From an uncultured Bacillaceae bacterium (GTDB lineage Bacteria; Bacillota; Bacilli; Caldalkalibacillales; Caldalkalibacillaceae), in contig CALBTX010000114.1 in assembly GCA_937967685.1 (NCBI GenBank), forward strand, positions 5,570 through 69,569: 64,000 nt of DNA, given 5' to 3'. A program made the translations under genes and the position numbers. Position 1 is the stretch's first letter, and each line of letters starts with the position of its first letter. Shown piece by piece: positions 46,963 through 56,765 of the stretch. The notes beneath the pieces were generated by a model. It had not been told where the DNA came from and made no database searches. It saw only the letters and a program-made list of their open reading frames with translations.

Positions 46963-48257
46963 AGAATGCGGATGGGAGTGCCTGCAAAGACGAAGGCTTC
47001 CCGAATTTTGTTTTCCAAATAGCGTTTATAAGAAAAATGCATCAGCTCCGGATCATTGACAAACAAGACGAAAGTGGGAGGTTTGACGCTGACCTGTGTT
47101 CCATAATAAATCTTAAGGCGCTTTCCCTTATCAGCAGGCGGAGCTTTCATCGTCACAGCATCGACTAAAAGATCGTTTAAGGCATGAGTCGGGATCCGCA
47201 TGGCGTGTTGTTCAGCCACTTCCTTGACTTGGGGCAAAATCTTATGCACGCGCTGGCCGGTTTTGGCGGAGACGAATAAGACGGGCGCATAAGCCAAAAA
47301 TTGAAACTGTTGGCGTATGCTGCGCATAAACTTGTGGAACGTCCCCTCATCCTTGGTCACGGCATCCCATTTATTGACCACGATAATGATCCCCCGACCC
47401 GCATCATGGGCATAGCCGGCGATGCGTTTATCTTGCTCCCGTATCCCTTCTTCCCCATTGAGCAGCAGGAGCGCCACATCGGAACGTTCAATCGCTTTTT
47501 GGGCCCTTAGCACGCTGTATTTTTCCGTTTTTTCATATATCTTGCCCCTTTTGCGCATGCCGGCAGTATCAATCAGGGCATATTTCTGCCCATCCCGTTC
47601 AAGCGCTGTGTCCACCGCATCACGGGTTGTCCCGGCGATCGGACTGACAATGACTCTCTCCTCGCCCAGAATGGCGTTAACCAAGGACGATTTTCCGACA
47701 TTGGGCCTCCCGATTAAGGCCACCCGAATGACGTCATCGGCATAACTTTCCTCCGCATCTTGCGGAAAAAGTTTGACCACTTCGTCCAAAACGTCCCCCA
47801 GTCCTCTCCCGTGAGCGCCGGAAACCGGAAAAGGTTCACCGAATCCTAAAGCATAAAATTCGTAAATAACGCCTTCCTGTTTCAAATGATCCACTTTATT
47901 CACAACGAGGACGACCGGTTTTTGAGCTCTATATAAAATCCGGGCGATTTCTTCATCGGCCGGTGTGATACCTGTCTTTGCATCAACAATAAATAAGATG
48001 ACATCCGCCTCGGCAATCGCTAATTCGGCTTGATGACGGACAAGGGTGAGCAAAGCTTCCTCGTCCCCGAGCTCGATGCCTCCTGTATCGATTAAGTGGA
48101 ATTCATGTGTCAGCCATTCTGCCGGGTGATATAATCGATCCCTTGTCACCCCCGGAGTATTTTCGACAATGGCGATCCGTTCGCCTACAATACGATTAAA
48201 AATCGTGGACTTGCCTACATTCGGTCTGCCCACGATGGCTACCGTCGGTTTGGACAT
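46932..48257 (-). CDS. der: Ribosome-biogenesis GTPase Der (EngA)
   Basis: Two GTPase domains (GRPNVGKST and GRPNVGKSS). Start at [17 protein letters not shown]. Confidence 0.96.
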   Translation of the reverse strand: MSKPTVAIVGRPNVGKSTIFNRIVGERIAIVENTPGVTRDRLYHPAEWLTHEFHLIDTGGIELGDEEALLTLVRHQAELAIAEADVILFIVDAKTGITPADEEIARILYRAQKPVVLVVNKVDHLKQEGVIYEFYALGFGEPFPVSGAHGRGLGDVLDEVVKLFPQDAEESYADDVIRVALIGRPNVGKSSLVNAILGEERVIVSPIAGTTRDAVDTALERDGQKYALIDTAGMRKRGKIYEKTEKYSVLRAQKAIERSDVALLLLNGEEGIREQDKRIAGYAHDAGRGIIIVVNKWDAVTKDEGTFHKFMRSIRQQFQFLAYAPVLFVSAKTGQRVHKILPQVKEVAEQHAMRIPTHALNDLLVDAVTMKAPPADKGKRLKIYYGTQVSVKPPTFVLFVNDPELMHFSYKRYLENKIREAFVFAGTPIRILIRGKNKDSV

Positions 48258-48340
48258 GTCTGGCACACTACCTTTCTGCATGCAGAGTTGGCCGGCTTGT
48301 TCAATTTTCTTCTTTATCATAAGCTGTCAGACAATGACAT

Positions 48341-48811
48341 TCAACTTCTTTTTTGCTTTTCCAGCTCATTTTTAGTTTGTTGAACAAAGGTCACGAACCG
48401 CTCATAACTTTCACAGATCCCCTTTGCAGCCAAATAACGACCAATGCCAACCAAGCCATACCGTCTGGACAAAGCGCCGCCCAGCCTTCCTTTCCGATTT
48501 AAATAAGGAAGTGCTGCTGCAAAATAAAACGAGCGGTGATCAGCTCCACTTTCTTTGATCCATCCCCATAACGTTCTTTTAACGATATCGGGTTCACCGC
48601 CCATTCCCAGCGTATAGATCTCATTCCCGCGCTCATCTTTTCCTTTGAAAAAAATGTGACCCAAGGAATCGTCTCGAGCCACATCAAAATCAGGTAAAGC
48701 AACAATGTCTTTATAATCGGGAATATATTCCGTGGGCAAATGCCCCAGATGGATGGCAGCAGCCACAACCGAAGAATGGGCGCTTCCGTAACAATAATAA
48801 ATGACCTTCAT
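48341..48811 (-). CDS. DUF3189-like protein
   Basis: The MKVIYYCYGSAHSSVVAAAIHLG start is typical of DUF3189 as I recall it. GAGGGA RBS. Confidence 0.65.
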   Translation of the reverse strand: MKVIYYCYGSAHSSVVAAAIHLGHLPTEYIPDYKDIVALPDFDVARDDSLGHIFFKGKDERGNEIYTLGMGGEPDIVKRTLWGWIKESGADHRSFYFAAALPYLNRKGRLGGALSRRYGLVGIGRYLAAKGICESYERFVTFVQQTKNELEKQKRS

Positions 48812-48855
48812 CTGAATGTCCCTCAATTTGATTTTGAGCGACGTTTGATGTCGCT

Positions 48856-49137
48856 CTATTTTGATCGTTCAACAAACTCCCAATAGACGATACAATCCCC
48901 GATTAGAGGCCATAGATCAGCCCAAGCTTGTTTGCAGATTGATTTTGAATTGCCGAGAGCGGTCCAATAGACGGGTTGCCCATGCTTGTTCAGACCGATG
49001 TACATCATTTCTCCTTTAGGCTGTCGTAAGTAAAAACGACGCTGATCTTCCCTCAAAGCTTGTCCATAAACGTCATGCCATGCTTGTTCCAACTCCCATG
49101 CCCCGTTGCCTTCACCCATGTAAATCTTTTTCCTCAA
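48856..49137 (-). CDS. Uncharacterised 93-aa W-rich protein
   Basis: ORF is tightly packed between the DUF3189 gene and the 66-aa gene. Its TTG start overlaps the upstream TGA; the alternative ATG is at 49119. Confidence 0.55.
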   Translation of the reverse strand: MRKKIYMGEGNGAWELEQAWHDVYGQALREDQRRFYLRQPKGEMMYIGLNKHGQPVYWTALGNSKSICKQAWADLWPLIGDCIVYWEFVERSK

Positions 49138-49334
49138 TGGCGAACCACCACATATGTTGTCTCATTCACCTTATGTAACATTCCCCCTAAAACACTTTCA
49201 AAAAGTCTGGCTGTACGTTGCACCTCTTCTTCGGTATCGACGACGAAGATGGGGGCACCTCCACCGACTTTATCTTTGGACATGGTGATGATGGCCATGA
49301 TCGATTTTTCAAGCGTACTCATATTTTTCTGCAC
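49134..49334 (-). CDS. Small soluble protein paired with the YIEGIA protein (capping-subunit-like)
   Basis: 66 aa, immediately downstream of the YIEGIA gene with a 9-nt gap. Confidence 0.6.
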   Translation of the reverse strand: MQKNMSTLEKSIMAIITMSKDKVGGGAPIFVVDTEEEVQRTARLFESVLGGMLHKVNETTYVVVRH

Positions 49335-49343
49335 CCCTCTTCC

Positions 49344-50225
49344 TTAAGCTTGACTCGCTTCAGATTCAGACGGTATGCGCACCGCATTTTCAAGTACGGG
49401 AACTTCCGCAACCACTTTCACCGCTTGTTCCATGCTTTTGATTTGAGGAAGGAAAAAGATAGCGACCCGGCCATCTTCCAAATCCCGCCTTGACAGGGGA
49501 ACCAAGGAAGGTTTGTCACTATCGCGAAAAATACCCAACCCGACGGATAGATCGTGTAATATCGCTTGGCGTTGACCCGGATTGGACAAAGTGACCACAC
49601 TGTCCACCGTTTTCGGTTTGAGGATGATGCCGATCGCCTGCTTGGAAATCAGTTCCAAACTTTCCTTTAAACCGACATTCATAATATAAATGTCATTGAC
49701 CGTGACGTTCTCGCCCTCGACGAGGACTTCAGCCGGCTCAATGTCCGCAATATGGGCGATCTTTTTCCCTGTTTTGTAATAAAGCGCAAACAGTATTCCC
49801 GCTATGCCAACGATTACACCGACCCACCAGTTGACAAACTGGCTGGCCAAGGTCGTCACGAAAGCGATCAAGATGACCAAATAGTTGCGCCCCTCAAAAA
49901 CCATGGCGATCCCTTCAATATATACTCTTCCTCTGGAAACCAACTCCACTTCATCAATCTTTGACAACGTCTCCCGCTCCATATTGCGCACTTCTCGAAA
50001 CTGCTGGGCAGCTAAAGTTAAAAAAGTGACAGCCGTAAATTCCCCTTCCAATAAAGCGGGGATGGCGATGCTCCCCAGAGCGGCAGCAATAATGCCCATC
50101 GCTAAATGAATAATGCTGCCGTGCGGTTGGGTCGGATATTGCCGGTAATCTGTCCTCAGTAAGGCGACACGTCCGATAAATCCAAATAAAATACCTAACG
50201 AGACGGGCAGGACATAATCTTCCAT
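49344..50225 (-). CDS. seaA: YIEGIA-family membrane protein (B. subtilis YphB/SeaA homolog)
   Basis: Contains the literal YIEGIA motif (RGRVYIEGIAMVFEG). Has multiple TM segments. Synteny with der supports the call. Confidence 0.85.
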   Translation of the reverse strand: MEDYVLPVSLGILFGFIGRVALLRTDYRQYPTQPHGSIIHLAMGIIAAALGSIAIPALLEGEFTAVTFLTLAAQQFREVRNMERETLSKIDEVELVSRGRVYIEGIAMVFEGRNYLVILIAFVTTLASQFVNWWVGVIVGIAGILFALYYKTGKKIAHIADIEPAEVLVEGENVTVNDIYIMNVGLKESLELISKQAIGIILKPKTVDSVVTLSNPGQRQAILHDLSVGLGIFRDSDKPSLVPLSRRDLEDGRVAIFFLPQIKSMEQAVKVVAEVPVLENAVRIPSESEASQA

Positions 50226-50228
50226 CGG

Positions 50229-50873
50229 TTAACCCTCCTGTTTGCTTTGCGGCCGAAGCAGTTTAAGCATGTATCGGGACAGCTTCAGAATATAAGCCGT
50301 CGTATAAGCCGAAGCGGTGACAAAGACAAACCCTATGGCCAGCTGGTCTCGGAATAACGCATCACCGATATAAATCACATCGGCGTATGCCGATTGTAAA
50401 CTTTTATGCAACCATTCACCCAGAACAAACCCGCCTGTCATCATCAGCCATTGTTGTTGTACTGACTGCGTCGTCAACGTTAAAAACAAAGTAAACGCTA
50501 ATGGCACAAGATAGATCGGTGATATGATCATTAAAATGGGATCCATGGCAAACAACTCATAGCTCAGCGCATAAAATACACCCAAAAAAATGACCACAGC
50601 TATCATTTGTAGGCGAAATGGCGAGGGATCTGTCCATATTCTGTACAGAAACAGAAGGGGGATACAGACCATTGAACCTATATTGATCATCATCTCCGAA
50701 GAAAGCGGCACATAAAACGCTTGCCCAATCATGACCAGCAGAAGAAAAAGACAGGCCCGGCGGCGTTGACCGCCAAGGGCGCGTTCATCTTCCCAAATGA
50801 AATCCAGCCAGTGGGTCACCATCAAGATGAAGACCATCCAACCGATGATTATAAACAAATAACCGTCGTTCAT
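50229..50873 (-). CDS. yphA: Polytopic membrane protein YphA
   Basis: Hydrophobic 214 aa, ending 4 nt upstream of the YIEGIA gene. Confidence 0.75.
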   Translation of the reverse strand: MNDGYLFIIIGWMVFILMVTHWLDFIWEDERALGGQRRRACLFLLLVMIGQAFYVPLSSEMMINIGSMVCIPLLFLYRIWTDPSPFRLQMIAVVIFLGVFYALSYELFAMDPILMIISPIYLVPLAFTLFLTLTTQSVQQQWLMMTGGFVLGEWLHKSLQSAYADVIYIGDALFRDQLAIGFVFVTASAYTTAYILKLSRYMLKLLRPQSKQEG

Positions 50874-50975
50874 CCTTTTTTCATCCTTTCAGTTACAGTA
50901 TCACACAGTTGCAGCATTTTTATAGCCCTGATCAAGGGCGTGTGAAGGAATCGTCGATTGAGAAAAAGGCAATGC

Positions 50976-51008
50976 ATAAAAAACCAGCACCGATAACGAT
51001 GCTGGTTG
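50976..51008 (-). terminator. Intrinsic terminator about 105 nt after rpsA
   Basis: On the minus strand: AACCAGCA-tcgttatcgg-TGCTGGTT followed by TTTTT. Confidence 0.75.
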
Positions 51009-51087
51009 CCAAATGACGAACACTTTAGCTGCGGAAAGATATTCGAATGTATCTTAGGCTGTTACTGACAAAGTACAGCTAACTGTT

Positions 51088-51123
51088 GAATTTATGCTGG
51101 ATTTTATGCGGGATTATTTAAGT
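51088..51123. repeat. 12-nt tandem repeat x3 straddling the rpsA stop codon
   Basis: gaatttatgctg / gattttatgcgg / gattatttaagt. The stop is at 51114-51116, in the third unit. Confidence 0.75.
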
Positions 51124-52403
51124 TTCTTTAACTGATCACCGAACATATCTCCCAGCGTGACACCTGTATGATTTTCTTCGTTGGACGTATATGCTTCCAC
51201 TTGTTTAGCGTTTTCTTCATCTAACAATTCCCGAATACTTAAACTGATTCGCTCCTCACTCGGATTGACGTCAAGCACTTTCGCTTTGATTTGCTGCCCT
51301 TCTTCCAGCACTTCTCCGGGCGTTCCGATGCGCCGGTTGGCAATTTGCGAAATATGCACCAATCCTTCCACACCCGGGAGCACTTCGACGAAAGCGCCAA
51401 AGGAAACGAGGCGTTTCACCGTTCCTTCAACGACATCTCCCGGCTTGATTTCTTCCGCCGCTGTTTCCCAGGGGCTGGGTTGTGTGGCTTTGATGCTCAA
51501 ACTGACCTTTTTGTTTTCGGGATCAACTTTCAACACTTTAACCTTGACGACATCTCCTTCGCTGACGACATCCGAAGGTGTCTCCACGCGTTGCCAAGAC
51601 AGCTCAGAGATATGTACGAGACCATCAATATCTCCAATATCGACAAAAACACCAAATGAGGTTAAGCGTTGAACGGTCCCTTCCAATATTTGACCGACTT
51701 CAAGCGATTCCAAACGTTTTTGTATCGCTTGTTCAGCTTCTTCATCTAAAACGGCTTTTTGAGATAAAATCAGTTTATTTTTATCGCGGTCTAATTCAAT
51801 CACTTTGACACGCAACGTGCGTCCTTTGTAATCACTGAAATCTTCAACGTAGTGGCGTTCGACCAAGGAGGCGGGTATGAAACCTCTTAAGCCGACATCA
51901 ACGACAAGACCGCCCTTGACAACTTCGGCCACAGTCACTTCAAACGTTTCTTGCGAGGCCAATTTCTGTTCAAGTTCCTGCCAAGCCTCCTCGTTATCCA
52001 CCCTGCGTTTAGAAGCGACAATTTCTTCATCGCTCACTTTCGTTATTTCTACTTCAACGTCATCTCCCACGGATAGCACATCAGCCACTTTGTCAATATG
52101 CACATTGGAAATTTCGCCAATGGGCAGAATGGCATCTAATTTATAACCAAAATCAATGAGGGCATGTTTTTCTTCAACTTTAATGACTTTTCCTTTCACT
52201 CTATCCCCGACTTGGTAGTCTGGAACGTGTGCGTCATGTTCTTCTTGTACATCACTTGTATTTTCGGCTTCCGTTCCATGCTGAACAGAAGTCTGCTCTT
52301 CCGGCAGATTATCTGTATTTGCTGAGCCAACCTGATCATTTTGGACATCTTGTGCGTCCGTTTCCTGTTTTACTTCGTGATCCTTATTCATTTCATCCAC
52401 CAT
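51114..52403 (-). CDS. rpsA: 30S ribosomal protein S1 homolog with an acidic N-terminal extension
   Basis: Four S1 domains (e.g. GDRVKGKVIKVE, GQILEGTVQRLTSFGVFVDI). ATG at 52403 has an AAGGAGG RBS. Confidence 0.93.
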   Translation of the reverse strand: MVDEMNKDHEVKQETDAQDVQNDQVGSANTDNLPEEQTSVQHGTEAENTSDVQEEHDAHVPDYQVGDRVKGKVIKVEEKHALIDFGYKLDAILPIGEISNVHIDKVADVLSVGDDVEVEITKVSDEEIVASKRRVDNEEAWQELEQKLASQETFEVTVAEVVKGGLVVDVGLRGFIPASLVERHYVEDFSDYKGRTLRVKVIELDRDKNKLILSQKAVLDEEAEQAIQKRLESLEVGQILEGTVQRLTSFGVFVDIGDIDGLVHISELSWQRVETPSDVVSEGDVVKVKVLKVDPENKKVSLSIKATQPSPWETAAEEIKPGDVVEGTVKRLVSFGAFVEVLPGVEGLVHISQIANRRIGTPGEVLEEGQQIKAKVLDVNPSEERISLSIRELLDEENAKQVEAYTSNEENHTGVTLGDMFGDQLKKLK

Positions 52404-52549
52404 GTTCCAAGTCCTCCTTACTCCCCCACTTTGGTGGGGACACTCTGACGCCTGCAAACATTTCGGTCAGAGGTGCAAAATCTTTCAATCAAAAAGTTTT
52501 CTTCTTTCATCATACTACATTTAACACACTTGTGCCAATTCGATATCGC

Positions 52550-53146
52550 TTAAGAAGCTTCCCGGTATTCATCAAGCAAGCTTTGAATACTGTTCATCAT
52601 CCGTTCGGTTGCTTCCCGGGCATTTTCTTTCGTCACTTTATCCCCACGCAAATCCTCGATCATGACAGGCGGGCCGATGGCGACCTTCATTTTTCTAAAT
52701 AAACGGTATTGACCGATGATCGCGATGGGAATCACCGTGCATTTTTCCTTGAGGGCGATGAAACCGGCGCCTGTAAATGCGGGACCCAGTTCACCCGTCT
52801 TCGATCTTGTTCCTTCAGGGAAAATCACAAACGCATCCCCGTTTTTTAATACTTGCAAAGACGTCCGAATCGCCGCTTTATCCGGTGCACCTCTTTTAAC
52901 GGGAAATCCTTTTAGTTTTTTCAAGTAAGCGGCAATGAGCGGTATTTTAAACAGTTCCGCTTTAGCCATAAACGTGACCGGTCGCTTAATGCTCACCCCA
53001 ATCAAAGGCGGATCCAAAACATGAATATGGTTTGCACATAATAGCACCGGACCTCGTTTTGGTATATGTTCAGCGCCAATCACTTCATTTCGAAAAAATA
53101 TTCGAAAAAAAAGCATGCAAATGAAGCGGCTGAGCCAATAAATCAT
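52550..53146 (-). CDS. 1-acyl-sn-glycerol-3-phosphate acyltransferase family protein
   Basis: NHIHVLD (NHxxxxD) and FPEGTRS motifs. ATGA overlap with the cmk stop. Confidence 0.88.
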   Translation of the reverse strand: MIYWLSRFICMLFFRIFFRNEVIGAEHIPKRGPVLLCANHIHVLDPPLIGVSIKRPVTFMAKAELFKIPLIAAYLKKLKGFPVKRGAPDKAAIRTSLQVLKNGDAFVIFPEGTRSKTGELGPAFTGAGFIALKEKCTVIPIAIIGQYRLFRKMKVAIGPPVMIEDLRGDKVTKENAREATERMMNSIQSLLDEYREAS

Positions 53147-53835
53147 GGACGTACCTCTCTTTCGCTGTAAATGCATGTTTTGGCCAGATGGACAATTTTT
53201 TCGACCACTTCATTTACAGTAAGGAACGTTGAATTCAGCTCTATCGCATCCGCCGCCTTCTCAAGCGGCGCAAATGTGCGGCCGCTGTCTCTTTCATCCC
53301 GCAGCCGAATCTCTTGCTCCACCTTATCCAAGGAGGCTTCTTCTCCTCTGTTTTTCAATTCGGCATGTCTCCTTTTGGCCCGTTCCTTTAATGACGCCGA
53401 AAGATAAATCTTCACCTCGGCATCGGGGAGGACATGGGTGCCGATATCCCTTCCGTCCATCACAACCCCTTTGTCCTTGGCCATCGTTTGCTGTATGCGA
53501 ACCATTTCTTGCCGCACCTTTTGGTGACCGGCGACAAAGGACACGTTGTTGGTAACGCTCCGCTCTCTAATTTGTTCCGTCACGTCATCATTGTTGACGA
53601 AAACTTTCTGCCCATGTTCTGTTGGCGTCAATTGAATACGAATCCTGTCAAGCAAAGCTGAAAGTGCTTCTTCGTCGTGCACATCGACCTGATCTTGCAG
53701 CGCTTTCCAAGTTAAGGCACGGTACATCGCACCGGTATCCACGTAGACGTAATCCAATCGTTCAGCCACGATCTTGGCCACTGTACTCTTACCGGCGCCT
53801 GCAGGGCCGTCTATGGCAATATTGATTTTTTTCAT
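53143..53835 (-). CDS. cmk: Cytidylate kinase
   Basis: IAIDGPAGAGKSTVAK P-loop and GRDIGT. Confidence 0.96.
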   Translation of the reverse strand: MKKINIAIDGPAGAGKSTVAKIVAERLDYVYVDTGAMYRALTWKALQDQVDVHDEEALSALLDRIRIQLTPTEHGQKVFVNNDDVTEQIRERSVTNNVSFVAGHQKVRQEMVRIQQTMAKDKGVVMDGRDIGTHVLPDAEVKIYLSASLKERAKRRHAELKNRGEEASLDKVEQEIRLRDERDSGRTFAPLEKAADAIELNSTFLTVNEVVEKIVHLAKTCIYSEREVRP

Positions 53836-53883
53836 ACGTTCACCTCAACCTACATCCCGCAACAAAAAAATCATACCATACGG

Positions 53884-54057
53884 CTAACGTCGTTGCAACG
53901 TCGCTTTTGCCTGAACACGGTCCTCATGGAATACACCTTCGTAGCGCACCGATTTATTGACCAAAGCTTGATGATCTTCACTGGAAAGAAGAAACATTTG
54001 GGATAGAACGAGGGCGGTCAAAAGGAAAACCAAACATATTAATAACAGTTTCTCCAT
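53884..54057 (-). CDS. ypfB: Small single-TM protein at the ypfB position
   Basis: MEKLLLICLVFLLTALVLSQMF... Called on synteny only. Confidence 0.5.
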   Translation of the reverse strand: MEKLLLICLVFLLTALVLSQMFLLSSEDHQALVNKSVRYEGVFHEDRVQAKATLQRR

Positions 54058-54133
54058 TTGAGCAGAAAGCGCCCGAAAGTATGTCAACAGGCTCAACCCC
54101 TTTACCTTTAGTGTTGACGAGGATTTAAGCACC

Positions 54134-54184
54134 AAACAAGGGGCTCTCAAAAGTCACCGTGACTTTTTTAAAGCCCCTTGTTGT
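54134..54184 (-). terminator. Nested hairpin after ypeB (weak U-tract)
   Basis: CAAGGGGCT ... AGCCCCTTG outer stem enclosing AAAAGTCA-ccg-TGACTTTT. Confidence 0.5.
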
Positions 54185-54234
54185 TGCGCCGGAATATACT
54201 TTCACTGGGAAATCTGCTTCACTGTGCGCTTCAG

Positions 54235-55590
54235 TTAAACGATAGGTTCGGCCTGTTTCATCTTTTCGATCATTTCCTCAGTTCCTGTTTTGGCATCGAC
54301 AAAGATGCGGAATGTTTCTTGATCTATCGTGCCCAACAATTCATAACAGAGCTTGACCTCACCGGGTTCTGTTTCAATCATGCTCAGGTGATCTTCCATC
54401 ACTTGGAAATTACTATTAAGCGCCTCTTTAGCTTCCTCGAGGGAAATCTCCGGTTTCGGCACGTCCACATGACCGTCATGATTGATCACATAATCCAGCC
54501 CTTCATAACCGATGAGATCACCATTATCCAGGGCCACTTGAACACGGACGGCCTCTGGGTAAATGCGGACGCCATCCTGCTCGTAAACAAAGTCAAATAC
54601 ACCGACGTTGTCGTATTGATCTGACTCAACGGCCGCCATAGAAGTCATGCCCCGTTGTTCCAAAAACTTCTCCGCTTTTTGTTGGGCTTCGTACAGACCG
54701 ATTTTCGATTGCTCAATATCACGGCTGTCCAGCATCCAGAGAATATGCCCTCCATTTTTGGAAACATCGACGATGACCGGGTTTTCACGTTCAGCGGCCT
54801 TCAGGGAGACAGAATAGGAACTGAAGTCGTTCCCTTCACCGTTTTTGACCACTTCAGTCTTCACCTTTTCGCCGAATCCCATAAACTGTTTGGCTTTTTG
54901 TGCGGCTTCATGTTCTGACACAGGGGCTCCCTCAATGAGCTTTGTTTTGTCACTCGACTGACTCGTTATTTTGTTTTCCTCGGCTCCTTGCTCTGTTTCA
55001 ATGTAACCTTCTACTTGCTTATCAATGGATTCCATGCCATCTAAAAGTGTTTTGTCCATATCGGCATTTTCTTCGGCTGCCGCCATCTCGACATCCATCC
55101 ATCGCAAACCATCACTTAAAACTTTCGTTTGAATTTTACGGAGTTCACGTTGCAATTCTTTGGACTGTCCGTGTAATTTTTTCAATTCGTCCCATTCGGC
55201 CTCAGTCAGGGGCTCTGTTTCCAAGTTTCTCATCCCAATGCCATAAGTGTAATCTCCGACTTGGGCCAAAAATGTTTCAATTTTACTGAAGGGGGTTAAA
55301 TTCATCGGCAACTGACCGATGTTTGACTGAGCATCATAGGCGATTCTCCAAATATTCGCCATACATGGGGCTAATAATTTGCGCGAGTTCGTTGCAATTG
55401 ATTTGCCCAGTTCATCTTCCAGATTAGCCATATCGTTGTTCAGATCATGGAAGGCGCGCTGGTAACTGTTTTCCGCCTTGATCAAAACAGAATTTTTGTC
55501 TTGATGCTCTTGATACCCCCAATAAGCGGTTCCAGCCAAAGCAAGTATTAATACAGCGTAACCCGCCACTGCAATAATCCGGGATAACAT
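54235..55590 (-). CDS. ypeB: Germination protein YpeB
   Basis: Collinear with B. subtilis YpeB (YWGY.EHQ.K..VL, RWMDVEMA, PepSY repeats). ATG at 55590 has a GGAGGG RBS. Confidence 0.93.
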   Translation of the reverse strand: MLSRIIAVAGYAVLILALAGTAYWGYQEHQDKNSVLIKAENSYQRAFHDLNNDMANLEDELGKSIATNSRKLLAPCMANIWRIAYDAQSNIGQLPMNLTPFSKIETFLAQVGDYTYGIGMRNLETEPLTEAEWDELKKLHGQSKELQRELRKIQTKVLSDGLRWMDVEMAAAEENADMDKTLLDGMESIDKQVEGYIETEQGAEENKITSQSSDKTKLIEGAPVSEHEAAQKAKQFMGFGEKVKTEVVKNGEGNDFSSYSVSLKAAERENPVIVDVSKNGGHILWMLDSRDIEQSKIGLYEAQQKAEKFLEQRGMTSMAAVESDQYDNVGVFDFVYEQDGVRIYPEAVRVQVALDNGDLIGYEGLDYVINHDGHVDVPKPEISLEEAKEALNSNFQVMEDHLSMIETEPGEVKLCYELLGTIDQETFRIFVDAKTGTEEMIEKMKQAEPIV

Positions 55591-55606
55591 TGACAACTTC
55601 CCTCCT

Positions 55607-56593
55607 TTATCTGACAAACAGATGTTTGCCGATTCGTTTCACCGGTTGTTTGTTAAACATCCACTGGGATGTGGCCGTTGCTGGATTGTAATAGTGTGTC
55701 AGTCCCCCTGTAGGGTCCCAGCCGTTGATGGCGTCCATCACCGCTCTTCTGGATGTTTCATCAGGCTGCAGCCAGATTTGACCGTCGGCCACTGCCGTAA
55801 ATGCGCGCGGTTCAAAAATGACGCCGGATACTGTATTCGGAAATTCCGCACTGTTCACCCGGTTGATGATGACGGCGGCAATGGCCACTTGACCGATATA
55901 AGGCTCTCCGCGTGCCTCTCCGTAAACGGCATTAGCCATTAATTGAATGTCATTTTCCGAAAAGCCAGCAGGAATATTCACAGCCGGGGCCACATGACCG
56001 ATATTTCTTTCACGTTGGGCAGATTGAGGTGTTTCCTGTGGAGCAGCACCTCCTTCAGGTGCCGGTTGAGCCGGAGCTTTCTCACGTTCCGGTTGGCGTT
56101 GTACTTGTCCCTCTTCTCGTTGCCTGCCCTTTTGCTGTTTTTCTTTCTGTGCGCGTTCGTCTAAATTGCCTGGATCTCTTTGTCCCGGGGGAGGAAGCCC
56201 CTCAGGTCCTTTTTTCGGCCCGTACGTGTCAGGGTCTTTTCCTTTTTCAAGGTGACTGTAAACATACTCTCTGTCAAAATGCGTGTACTGCTCTAATTTC
56301 TTTTTCAACTCATCCCCGACAAGTCCGTCCACCTCAAGCCCAAAATCGTGTTGAAAGTTACGCACCGCCCAATAAGTATTCCAGCCAAAAACACCATCTA
56401 TCGTTCCATGATAATAGCCGTAATTTTGCAGTCTGGCTTGCAGTTCAATGACATCATCCCCTGTTGCTCCACGCTGAATCACTTGATCGCTAAAAGCTTG
56501 CGTATCCTGAGCAAAAAAAGTAAAGAACAGGGTGATGATGAACAATGAACAAATGCTCCTTTTGAAGTATTTGTTCAACTGGTCCATGTTCAT
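55607..56593 (-). CDS. sleB: Spore cortex-lytic enzyme SleB (with a low-complexity Q/E/P/K linker)
   Basis: N-terminal PG-binding domain (GDDVIELQARLQNYGYY...DGVFG) and C-terminal Hydrolase_2 (GEARGEPYIGQVAIAAVIINR). Confidence 0.93.
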   Translation of the reverse strand: MNMDQLNKYFKRSICSLFIITLFFTFFAQDTQAFSDQVIQRGATGDDVIELQARLQNYGYYHGTIDGVFGWNTYWAVRNFQHDFGLEVDGLVGDELKKKLEQYTHFDREYVYSHLEKGKDPDTYGPKKGPEGLPPPGQRDPGNLDERAQKEKQQKGRQREEGQVQRQPEREKAPAQPAPEGGAAPQETPQSAQRERNIGHVAPAVNIPAGFSENDIQLMANAVYGEARGEPYIGQVAIAAVIINRVNSAEFPNTVSGVIFEPRAFTAVADGQIWLQPDETSRRAVMDAINGWDPTGGLTHYYNPATATSQWMFNKQPVKRIGKHLFVR

Positions 56594-56654
56594 TGTCCCT
56601 CCTATGTCATTTGCCTCGTATGGGTATTTTTCTACTCTTGACCACGATTTATGC

Positions 56655-56688
56655 AAGAAAAAAGAAAAGGATGTCCAACAGACATCCT
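56655..56688 (-). terminator. Intrinsic terminator after gudB
   Basis: On the minus strand: GGATGTC-tgttg-GACATCC followed by TTTTCTTTTTTCTT. Confidence 0.8.
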
Positions 56689-56765
56689 CAAAGAAAAGAT
56701 ATTAACTTAAATGCGTCTTCCGCTAGTCAATTTCTTAAACTTGCTGTATGAAATGAATCGTTTCC

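Noticed and set aside
51181-51672. Many 60-160-aa ORFs lie antisense to or out of frame with long genes, for example 547-981, 15054-15464, 18484-18951, 29060-29539, 51181-51672 and 56029-56451.
   Set aside because: They sit entirely within well-supported conserved genes, lack RBS signals, and have skewed Ser/Arg/Pro-rich composition typical of shadow frames.
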